Assembly: GCA_029938555.1 (NCBI GenBank)
Contig: JAOZUR010000009.1
Span: forward strand, 1 to 62,614
Direction: 5' to 3'
DNA length: 62,614 nt
Source of the DNA: Candidatus Sabulitectum sp.
Lineage (GTDB): Bacteria > Fermentibacterota > Fermentibacteria > Fermentibacterales > JCC-6
The notes beneath the pieces were generated by a model. It worked only from the letters and a program-made list of their open reading frames with translations, was not told the DNA's origin and searched no databases. The translations under genes were made by a program, and so were the position numbers. Positions 28,525 to 37,027 of the stretch are shown piece after piece. The first letter of the stretch is position 1. The number at the start of each line of letters is the position of its first letter.

Positions 28525-29894
28525 ATTGCTCGAACCAGCATAAGACCCTCTTTGAAAGAGTTATCAATGTTTAACGACCAGTTTCCCCCTTGAGTAACAT
28601 CTGTAGGCTGGAATGAATGAACTAATCGTCCGGAAATATCAAATATTTGTAATGTAACTGGGTAAGAAATCCCGGGAGAAATGGTGACGGTTAGATGGTT
28701 TGTAGCAGGGGATGGAGAAAAAGTAAGAATAGGAAAATTAGTAGATAGCGTTGGTGAAACTCCAGTTTGAGAAGCGTTCAAATGATGAAAGCCCATATCT
28801 GCCACACCAAGGTCTGCCAGACTGTCAGTTCGTGTGCTTAACTGATCAATAACGGTATCATCAGCATCTGCATGTCCTGCATTCAGAGCTGGACTGTTTA
28901 TAGATTGCCCAGCATCTATCTGAGAAATATTAAAATAAGTATCAGCGTATAATGGATCTTCACTGATATTTCCATTTGTTCCAGTTGGATCGTTCATGCC
29001 ATAATAATTTGAAAACCCATTATTCCAGCAGCAGACATTGGCTATGTAAGGGTTGTTGTTGCTGATAACATTAATTCCTGCTTTGCCCAAGTTGGATGTA
29101 ATCACTGAAGACATTATAGACACAGAGTCAATAGTGTGAAGTCTGAAAGCCCCGCCGTCATCAAAAGCTTCATTTGAGTCTATTGTCAGGAATGAAAAAG
29201 TTGAAATGCCCTGTAATACTGTAATTGCTCCACCATCATCGCCTGAATAATTGCCGGTAAAGAGAGAGTTATCTAGGGTAAGGTCACTTTGATAAGCATT
29301 TAACCCGCCTCCATCATCAGAACTGGTATTAGATATAAACTTCACCATAAAACCAGAGAAAACTGATGCATAAAGATCAATTCCTCCCCCTGTGACCAAG
29401 GCTTCATTATTGCTGATGGTGCTGTACTGAACCTGCAAAATTCCACCTTCAGCTCCTATTCCTCCACCGATCAAGGCAGAATTTTCTGTTATAAGGCAGT
29501 TATTAACAATTAGTCTTGATTCACTGGCAGAAATACCACCTCCGTTGAATGCAGTGGTTCCTGTGGCATTTCCTCCTGTAATTACAAGATTTTCTAGAAA
29601 AACATTTTGGTCGTGGGGTCCAACAAGTTGAACTATTGATCTTTCCATGTTCTCACCGCTGAGAACAGCTCTGTTATCTGCTTGTGAGGTGATAGTAACA
29701 CCGGATTGAGAGGGGCCGGCTGTGATTAATGGTTGATTATTGGAATTCGTGTACGTGCCAGGCATAATAAACAGAGTATCACCTTGTGAGAGGGTCATTA
29801 GACTATCTGATAAATCATCGCCAGGGTTTACAAAAATAGTTTTCGCAAAAGCAGGGAAAAACAATATTAGAATAGTTAGTATTGTTATTTTCAT
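28479..29894 (-). CDS. Secreted right-handed beta-helix protein with Pmp-like repeats and a T9SS C-terminal sorting domain (paralog A)
   Basis: Signal peptide MKITILTILILFFPAFA. Repeats GGGISA, GGGIGA, GGGIDL, DDGGGLNA, DDGGAITV and DDGGAFRL. It shares the string NDPTGTNGNISEDPLY with paralog B (PDPTGTAGNISENPLF). The CTD reads LQIFDISGRLVHSF...LMLVRAIW...GKIMVIN. Confidence 0.7.
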   Translation of the reverse strand: MKITILTILILFFPAFAKTIFVNPGDDLSDSLMTLSQGDTLFIMPGTYTNSNNQPLITAGPSQSGVTITSQADNRAVLSGENMERSIVQLVGPHDQNVFLENLVITGGNATGTTAFNGGGISASESRLIVNNCLITENSALIGGGIGAEGGILQVQYSTISNNEALVTGGGIDLYASVFSGFMVKFISNTSSDDGGGLNAYQSDLTLDNSLFTGNYSGDDGGAITVLQGISTFSFLTIDSNEAFDDGGAFRLHTIDSVSIMSSVITSNLGKAGINVISNNNPYIANVCCWNNGFSNYYGMNDPTGTNGNISEDPLYADTYFNISQIDAGQSINSPALNAGHADADDTVIDQLSTRTDSLADLGVADMGFHHLNASQTGVSPTLSTNFPILTFSPSPATNHLTVTISPGISYPVTLQIFDISGRLVHSFQPTDVTQGGNWSLNIDNSFKEGLMLVRAIWHQAEITGKIMVIN

Positions 29895-32047
29895 AGTGAA
29901 TTCAACACGGTTATTTTTTTAGTTTGAAGGAATCCCATATTTCTTACTCCCACAAAATACACCCCTGAGGCAAGGCTTGATGTTTTTAGAGTTATTGTAG
30001 ATTCTCCTGCTGTTAGCTCTGTTACAGTAAGTGGCAAAACAATTCTTCCTGATAAATCATACAAAGAAATTTCTGTTACAACTGAAGCAATTACTAATAA
30101 ATCAATAGATAAATCACCGGCCACAGGTACTGGACCTCTTAGAGAAAAACTAACAGCTCCATAACCAGGCCAATCTGATGCATAGATATCTGGCAAGAAC
30201 GGTGTTCCACCGAAAGAGCCTGCTATCCATGAAGCAGGAAACTGGTTAGGAAGAGAAGTGTTCAGTAGTGCTAAAGTAGAACCATAACCAGCTGCTTGCC
30301 AAGGCCACGGAGATTCAGAAGAGTAATAGATACTGTCAATGGTATTCCCAGTGGGATCAATCAGTTTTATCATATCATCATTGTCAGAAAGATTGAAATT
30401 TAACGATTGAGAGGGATTTGGTAATCTTTCAAACGTGTTAAGAAAAATCAGTGAATCAGAGCTGAATACCAGACATTGGCCAGGATCAATAATTAGCTGA
30501 TCAACTGTTGTGAGATTTGTTCTGTTTGCATCACGAATTGACCAGCCTGCCATGCTGATGGTTTGATTGTCAGTATTAATGATTTCAAACCAGTCTCCCG
30601 GATTAAAAACAGAGTTGCTCAAATAATTGATTTCATTAATAACCAGGTCACCTGTAATTGAATAGTTTTCTTGAGCATATGAAATGATTGGACCATTGTT
30701 AGATCTGTGTTCGACTCCATTTCTTGTTGCATATACCTGTAACCAGAGGTCTGAACCGGTATACAGAGATGGAACTGTATAGAATGTATCTGAAGGAAAT
30801 GTCTCAAATACAACTTCCAAAGGGTTAGCAAACAAGCTATCTGATGAAATAACCAGTCTCCATGAACATGAATTTCCCGCATTCTGCCAAGAAACAAGAA
30901 TATTGTTTTCTAGCTTTTGAAGATTTGCTATCCTAAAAGGAAGAGGCCATTCTTCAATTTGATTTAATACATTGGAGTATCTGGATTCTGGCCAATTATA
31001 TAAGGAGGCTACCATTCCCCAGAAATCATCCATTGAATAATCTCTAAATGGATCCTGCTGAATCAGAGGAGCTATCAATTGTGCAATAGAATCTATTGTA
31101 TTTCCTTGTACAAATCTAAGAAATAATGGGAATTGATAATCAATCTCACTGAAAAGCTCTTCTCTAATTATTTTATTACACCACATTCTCCAGAGAAGTT
31201 TATTTCTTCTGTGTCCAGTATTGGAAGAGTTTCTACTGTAAGGGAATTCGGGACCATATTTTCCCCATGTTCGATCCATATCCCAGGTTATATAACGCCA
31301 CTGACCAGCTTGGCCGGTATCGTCTAGTATCAGGGAATAGTTGTGATAATAGGTGCTACCATGGCCAATAAGAACATTGGTCGCTACACAGGAAATAAGA
31401 TCATCGTAGTGAAATCTTTCCTGCAGTTGTTCATAAAAAAGCTCATCAGGACATAGAGATAACCAGTGAAGCAGTAGCAGAAAATCATCCCAAGGTTGTG
31501 ATTCATGAGTTTTTTTAGAGTATGGGTCAAGATCATTTATTCTGTCCAGGGTAGTGTATCTATCTGAACATTTGTATATCACACCATTATCAGGAAGCTG
31601 CGTTGTCAGTAAAAAGTCTTTATCCACATCTTCAACAGACAGATATGCTCCTTGCGTTTCACCATTAAACACAACTTCTACGAAATGGACTTCTGGTACT
31701 ATCTGACCGGTTTCACTATAGAATAAATACGATAGACATTCACGCATTCGAGTCATATCAAGAAATTCAGCATTTAGATTTAATTCATCTTTGCCAAATA
31801 GAAAAAGACCTTGAGGCAATTCAATTTTTATTGATTTCTTAGGATAACTTCTGCTTGTTGCACCGCGGATTCGAAATTGGCATTGAAATTCAGCACCATT
31901 GTAAGTTAGCTCCACTGGAATATAAATATCTTCATAGTAATTTGCACAGGCAAATTCCCATTGAGTTTGGTCGAATTCTAGATGAAGAACTGGTATTGTA
32001 TCAGGCCAAACAGAGCTGGAGATCAGCGATAGTAGTAATAGAAGCAT
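29891..32047 (-). CDS. CotH kinase-family protein with a lamin-tail domain (LTD) and a T9SS C-terminal sorting domain
   Basis: CotH-like strings are NLNAEFLDMTRMRECLSYLFYSETGQIVPEVHFVEVVFNGETQGAYLSVEDVDKDFL and YHNYSLILDD...WRYITWDMDRTWG. The LTD reads DLVINEINYLS...GDWFEIINT. The CTD reads EISLYDLSGRIVLP...GVYFVGVRN...KKITVLNSL. Confidence 0.75.
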   Translation of the reverse strand: MLLLLLSLISSSVWPDTIPVLHLEFDQTQWEFACANYYEDIYIPVELTYNGAEFQCQFRIRGATSRSYPKKSIKIELPQGLFLFGKDELNLNAEFLDMTRMRECLSYLFYSETGQIVPEVHFVEVVFNGETQGAYLSVEDVDKDFLLTTQLPDNGVIYKCSDRYTTLDRINDLDPYSKKTHESQPWDDFLLLLHWLSLCPDELFYEQLQERFHYDDLISCVATNVLIGHGSTYYHNYSLILDDTGQAGQWRYITWDMDRTWGKYGPEFPYSRNSSNTGHRRNKLLWRMWCNKIIREELFSEIDYQFPLFLRFVQGNTIDSIAQLIAPLIQQDPFRDYSMDDFWGMVASLYNWPESRYSNVLNQIEEWPLPFRIANLQKLENNILVSWQNAGNSCSWRLVISSDSLFANPLEVVFETFPSDTFYTVPSLYTGSDLWLQVYATRNGVEHRSNNGPIISYAQENYSITGDLVINEINYLSNSVFNPGDWFEIINTDNQTISMAGWSIRDANRTNLTTVDQLIIDPGQCLVFSSDSLIFLNTFERLPNPSQSLNFNLSDNDDMIKLIDPTGNTIDSIYYSSESPWPWQAAGYGSTLALLNTSLPNQFPASWIAGSFGGTPFLPDIYASDWPGYGAVSFSLRGPVPVAGDLSIDLLVIASVVTEISLYDLSGRIVLPLTVTELTAGESTITLKTSSLASGVYFVGVRNMGFLQTKKITVLNSL

Positions 32048-32135
32048 ACAGTACCTCTCTCATTTTGTTATACCAAATATATAGTGTTTTCCTGTTTTCT
32101 CATGAATCAATGTATTTGGTTAACTGAAGCTTCAT

Positions 32136-32159
32136 TCGGGGCTGCATACACAGCCCCGA
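32136..32159 (-). terminator. Possible terminator hairpin after tkt
   Basis: A 9-bp GC-rich stem pairs tcggggctg with cagccccga around a 6-nt loop, 10 nt downstream of the tkt stop. No clear U-tract follows. Confidence 0.3.
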
Positions 32160-32168
32160 GCTACAATA

Positions 32169-34085
32169 TTAACTAAGTTTACTTAAAATAGTTTCAGCAA
32201 TCTGTTCAGGTTGAAGACCCTGAAGAGTGTAGAGATCCTTTGCGTCTCCACTCATTCCGTAATGTGTGACACCAATGCGGGTAAGTGCAGGAGTACCACT
32301 TAATTCAGAAAGTTTTATGGCCAGGCCTGCACCAAGACCAGTTTCCGTATCGTGATCTTCCACAGTGATAACTTGTTTGAATTTCATAAGTTCTTTTATA
32401 AATTCATTTGATATTTCAGTTGGACAGCTTACTCCGTATACAGCTGTTGAAACTTCACCGATTCCAAGAATTTCAGCAGCCTGAAGAGCATGTTCACAAG
32501 TTGGGCCCATTGCAAGAATGGCCACATCTTTACCTGCCCTGAACCGATCTACTTTACCGTATTTGAATTCATAGTTTTTATCAAAGAAAACTGATCCATC
32601 TTCTTTGAGTATTACTGGAAGTTTTGACCGCCCCATGGCTATGAAGTAATTACCCTGACTTGTTCCTGCGTGTCGTACAGCTCTGTCGGTCTGATTAGGA
32701 TCTGCTGGAACAATTGTTCTGTAATTTGGAAGGGCACGGAGAAGGCCAACATATTTGATACAATGGTGCGTTTTTCCATCTGGTCCAACATCAAGCCCAC
32801 AGTGAGTTGCAACAACTTTAAGGTTTGTCTGGTTAATATCATTCAGCCTGTGCTGATTGAAAGTTTCATCAATCGCAAACACTCCGAAATCACTCCAGAA
32901 AGACACTTTATCTGCCAGAGTAGAGCAACCAGCCATTGTAGCAGCATGATGCTCCATTATTCCAGTCTGAAAAAAGTGACCTGGATACTTTTTGGCAAAT
33001 TCTGCAGTTTTTACACTTCCAGCAAGATCACAATCAAAAACCAAAGGTAGATTATCAGGATTAGCATCAGCCAAACTTACAAGAGCTTTGCCCCAGGCAC
33101 TTCTGTTATCACCTTTATGTTCTTGAGAATAGGTAATTGGTACCCCTGTATTTTTCAGTAAGTGATATTCAGGTTTCTCACGGCAACTGGCAGGTCTGTT
33201 AGTCAGAAAAACTTTTCTTTCTGCAACAAGCTCTTCCATGTTATTTTCAATGCCGAGCTCAACAAGAGCTTTTTCCAGTTCCTGTATATTCAGGGCCCTA
33301 CCATGGAAATCAGATTTGTTTTCCATGAATGATACTCCCTTGCCCATAACGGTTCTTGCAAGGATCAATCTTGGTTTGTTTTGATTAGCCGGGCGCAAAA
33401 CTTTGTAAAGTGCGTTCAGGTCATGCCCATCTGTTTCGACAACTTCCCATCCGGAGGCCTCGAACTCTGCTTTTAGGTTCACAGGCATTACATCTGCTGT
33501 GTCTCCTGAAATCTGCAGGTGGTTTAGATCAATAATGTATGTGAGATTACTCAGCATGTATTTGTTTGCAAATCTTCGAGCTTCGGAGATCTGGCCCTTC
33601 TGATTCTCGCCATCACCAGCCACTACCCATATATGGTTTTTAATTCCATTACTTCTGTCGGCAATTGCCATACCAATGGCTGCGCTTAGACCCTGTCCAA
33701 GATTGCCACTGGTAAGTTCTATACCTGGAAGATGTCTTTCTATGTGACCTTCAAAATCGCTACCAGCAAGTCTGAATGAAACAATTGCTTCATGAAGATC
33801 AAAAAAGTTTAAAGCTCCAAGAACACTGTAAACACCAGGAGAGGTATGGCCATGGCTCACAATTATTCTATCTCGACCTTTTTTTAGCGGTTCAGAAGGA
33901 TTAACTTTTGCTTGACTCCATAATAAGGCAAATATTTCCAGACTGCTCATGGAGCCGCCTGGGTGGCCACTTGCGGCAAGACTGGTCATTTTGAGAATAT
34001 TTCCTCTTGCCTCATGGCAGAGGCTTTTTAATCTAACCACCTCTGTTGATGAAAGAGATGGAGATATGAAATTAGTTCTTTCCAT
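32169..34085 (-). CDS. tkt: Transketolase
   Basis: GHPGGSMSSLEIFALLW is present, with the TPP-binding region VVAGDGENQKGQISEA...IIDLN. The 638-aa length covers both the N- and C-terminal modules. Confidence 0.9.
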   Translation of the reverse strand: MERTNFISPSLSSTEVVRLKSLCHEARGNILKMTSLAASGHPGGSMSSLEIFALLWSQAKVNPSEPLKKGRDRIIVSHGHTSPGVYSVLGALNFFDLHEAIVSFRLAGSDFEGHIERHLPGIELTSGNLGQGLSAAIGMAIADRSNGIKNHIWVVAGDGENQKGQISEARRFANKYMLSNLTYIIDLNHLQISGDTADVMPVNLKAEFEASGWEVVETDGHDLNALYKVLRPANQNKPRLILARTVMGKGVSFMENKSDFHGRALNIQELEKALVELGIENNMEELVAERKVFLTNRPASCREKPEYHLLKNTGVPITYSQEHKGDNRSAWGKALVSLADANPDNLPLVFDCDLAGSVKTAEFAKKYPGHFFQTGIMEHHAATMAGCSTLADKVSFWSDFGVFAIDETFNQHRLNDINQTNLKVVATHCGLDVGPDGKTHHCIKYVGLLRALPNYRTIVPADPNQTDRAVRHAGTSQGNYFIAMGRSKLPVILKEDGSVFFDKNYEFKYGKVDRFRAGKDVAILAMGPTCEHALQAAEILGIGEVSTAVYGVSCPTEISNEFIKELMKFKQVITVEDHDTETGLGAGLAIKLSELSGTPALTRIGVTHYGMSGDAKDLYTLQGLQPEQIAETILSKLS

Positions 34086-34093
34086 TTTATTTC

Positions 34094-35785
34094 TCAGCCT
34101 TCGTTTTTCAGTGTTGCTATTACTTTGTTATGAACCAAGGATGATAGCTCATCGGTTTTGGCAAGAAGAATATCAGCTTCTTTTGCAACTCGCTCTTTGT
34201 ATTCCAGGTCTTCTATTTCAGAAAGATTGATAAGCACATTATAATATGCTCCAGTTGCACAAGCTTTTGCAGCGGCAGCAGCTACTCCAGCATCGGAAAG
34301 GCTTGTCTGCATCCCTCGTTCAACCAAAGCCAGCGCCATTTCAGCTATTTGCGGAGATTTCGCAAGAATGCTTAACGGAACTTCAATAGCTCCTTTTATT
34401 GCAGTTTGCACATCTCCTTTTGCTCTAATGGTATCCATCCAAATATTGAATGCTCTTGTATCATCATCAATGGCGTTTACAAGAAACTCCTTGATATTCT
34501 GAGCTTCCGGTGCAAGCTGTAGCATTTCATTCCAGCTTGATTTGAATTTTCTGTTCTTTACTGTGAGATTGGCAACCATACTGTCCAGGCCTGCTCCAAC
34601 TGCACCCATTAATGCTGCAGCACTTCCTCCGCCTGGAGCTGGGCTGTCTATAGATAGTTCGTCACAGAACGCTCTGCATGTCATTCCGGAAAGATTTACT
34701 GACTTGTCGGCTATGATGTATTCCACAATTTTTTTATCAGGATCAAATTTTGCTACATCGCTGAGACCCATGGATCTTATGGCAATGTTAACAAGTTCTC
34801 TTTCTGGTGCGCCAACAGATTTTGCCTGTTTCCCAATGCTCAGTAAAGCTCTATTCTGTTTTTCAAGATAGTATTTTCCAGCTTCTACCATGGAGCTTAA
34901 AGGAACAAGCCCTACAACTTCACTTCCTGTTACCATAAGCCCTAGTTTTTCTGCTTCTTCTTTTGTAACATCGAATCCTATATGAAGGGGTGTAACTGCT
35001 ATATCAGTAAGATTCATGGTTACTTGTGCTGTATTGTACTCCTCAATGAACCATCCAAACGCCTTGCAATTTTTTAATCGACCTTCTTGCTTGATCTTTT
35101 TGCCATTTTCGTCTCTGGCAAATTTCCACTGATTTGTTCGTGAGGTTCTGCCGGTATCACGAATGTTCAAAGCTATTTCTTTAGCCATGGAAGTATCAGA
35201 TGTGTTTAGGTTAACATTATAGGCAATAAGGAAATTTCTCGCTCCGATTGTACAGACTCCGGTTTTTGCAGTTGCATCATCCCATACATTGGGACCAAAA
35301 TCAGGTTTCCATTCCGGTTTTCCAAGTTTATTCTGAAGGGCTTCATATTCTCCTTCGCGAATGTTTGGCAGTTTTACCCATTCCGGTTTAGATGCTGCAT
35401 ATTCGTAAAGATATACAGGAATAGCCAGTTCTTCACCTACTTTTTTACCCAGTCTTCTGGCAAGTTCTGCGCATTCTTCCATTGTGATTCCACTCACAGG
35501 AACAAAAGGACATACGTCGGTGGCGCCGTGCCGTGGATGAGAGCCTGTCTGTTTTCTCATGTCGATGAGTTTTCCAGCACTTTCTATAACATTGAACGCA
35601 GCCTGAAGTACTGCTTCAGGTTCTCCGGCAATTGTAATAACGGTCCTGTTTGTTGCAGCCCCAGGATCTACATCAAGTACAGCTGCTCCGCTCACAGAGG
35701 AAGCAGCTTTTACAACTGCGTCAATAACATCCTGGTTACGACCGTCTGAAATATTTGGAACACACTCGACAATGCGCTTTGCCAT
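34094..35785 (-). CDS. Bifunctional glutamate formimidoyltransferase / formimidoyltetrahydrofolate cyclodeaminase (fused FTCD)
   Basis: The N-terminus MAKRIVECVPNISDGRN is the formiminotransferase hallmark. The 563-aa length and an alanine-rich helical C-terminal ~200 aa are consistent with a fused cyclodeaminase domain. Confidence 0.85.
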   Translation of the reverse strand: MAKRIVECVPNISDGRNQDVIDAVVKAASSVSGAAVLDVDPGAATNRTVITIAGEPEAVLQAAFNVIESAGKLIDMRKQTGSHPRHGATDVCPFVPVSGITMEECAELARRLGKKVGEELAIPVYLYEYAASKPEWVKLPNIREGEYEALQNKLGKPEWKPDFGPNVWDDATAKTGVCTIGARNFLIAYNVNLNTSDTSMAKEIALNIRDTGRTSRTNQWKFARDENGKKIKQEGRLKNCKAFGWFIEEYNTAQVTMNLTDIAVTPLHIGFDVTKEEAEKLGLMVTGSEVVGLVPLSSMVEAGKYYLEKQNRALLSIGKQAKSVGAPERELVNIAIRSMGLSDVAKFDPDKKIVEYIIADKSVNLSGMTCRAFCDELSIDSPAPGGGSAAALMGAVGAGLDSMVANLTVKNRKFKSSWNEMLQLAPEAQNIKEFLVNAIDDDTRAFNIWMDTIRAKGDVQTAIKGAIEVPLSILAKSPQIAEMALALVERGMQTSLSDAGVAAAAAKACATGAYYNVLINLSEIEDLEYKERVAKEADILLAKTDELSSLVHNKVIATLKNEG

Positions 35786-35868
35786 TTGATCTCTCCTGTT
35801 TTTGTGAATTTACCTATATTCTAACATCAGTTTTACAATATGTGTAACATAACAGGCGGGAGGCTTAA

Positions 35869-37026
35869 GTGTACCACGGAATAGTGGAAGGTTATTATGG
35901 AAAACCTTTTAGCACCAAGCAGAGAAGAATTCTTCTTAATGAACTATCTTCGTTGGAAGGTTCTGCGTACTTTTACGCTCCTAAAGATGATCCATGGCAT
36001 CGACTTTTATGGAGAGAGCCTTATCCAGACAAAGAATGGCTTTCTTTAAAAAATGATATGATGGCCAGTGGTGGAAAAGTGTCTTTTTTCTTTTCGATTA
36101 GTCCATGGGAATTTAAAGATTCAGAGTGGGATCTGGCAAGGGAAAAGCTTCTTCGAGCAGTTGATTCAGGCGCTTCAGGTCTTTCAATACTTTTTGATGA
36201 TGTACCTGATGAATCAGCAGGAAAATTGGCAGAAAGACAATTGAATTTTGCTAAAAAAGCTCTTGATGGTATTAATCTTCCAGTAATTCTTTGTCCTTCA
36301 GTTTATTGTGGAGAATTTCTTCAAAGGTTTTCCCATGCAGAAGAATATCTTCAAGTTTGGCGTCACATGATTCCAACAGAGTGGAGTTCCTTCTGGACCG
36401 GGCCTATGGTGGTTTCAAAAGATTTTTCAGATATTCAACAGGCTGAAGAACTTTTGGGTGGTAAACCGGTTCTCTGGGATAATATTCTTGCCACTGATTA
36501 CTGTCTTCGCCGTGTATATCTTGCGGGATTAAATGATAGAGTACCTAGTGATTACTCTTGGTTTATAAATCCATCTGAAATTTTCCCAGCTGCTCTTCAT
36601 GGTGTTATGGAGCTGAAAGCAGCAATGGGTTTGAAAAGAAATTGGCCCGATCAACTGGGAGCATCTCATGTTGGATGGCAGCTCATGCAGGAGTTTCATT
36701 ATCTTCCTTGGAATGCTGGGGAAACAGGGTCAGAGATATTGGTTAGGCTTTCCAATGCAATAAATGGTTTTGATGTAAATGAAGCTCTTGTCTGGTTGAA
36801 TCAGGCTGTTGCTGATATGTCTAATTTTATTGAAATAATCCCTAGTATTGAAGGTGGATGGCAGTTACTTCCGGTAGCCCGAGATCTATACCGTTCGTTG
36901 TCAATAATACAACGCTCTCTTAAGACAGATGACCCTGGAGTTTCACTTCATTATTTTATGCACACAAGATTACCATATGAAAATCCCGTTGCAGCTCTTG
37001 CTGGTGGGAAAATTAAAGGAGTTTGA
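35869..37026 (+). CDS. GH84-family beta-N-acetylglucosaminidase (O-GlcNAcase-like), no signal peptide
   Basis: GIVEGYYGKPFS, YFYAPKDDPWHR and the catalytic Asp pair context SILFDDVPD. GTG start with GGGAGG 5 nt upstream. The catalytic domain begins at residue 4. Confidence 0.75.
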   Translation: MYHGIVEGYYGKPFSTKQRRILLNELSSLEGSAYFYAPKDDPWHRLLWREPYPDKEWLSLKNDMMASGGKVSFFFSISPWEFKDSEWDLAREKLLRAVDSGASGLSILFDDVPDESAGKLAERQLNFAKKALDGINLPVILCPSVYCGEFLQRFSHAEEYLQVWRHMIPTEWSSFWTGPMVVSKDFSDIQQAEELLGGKPVLWDNILATDYCLRRVYLAGLNDRVPSDYSWFINPSEIFPAALHGVMELKAAMGLKRNWPDQLGASHVGWQLMQEFHYLPWNAGETGSEILVRLSNAINGFDVNEALVWLNQAVADMSNFIEIIPSIEGGWQLLPVARDLYRSLSIIQRSLKTDDPGVSLHYFMHTRLPYENPVAALAGGKIKGV

Positions 37027-37027
37027 T

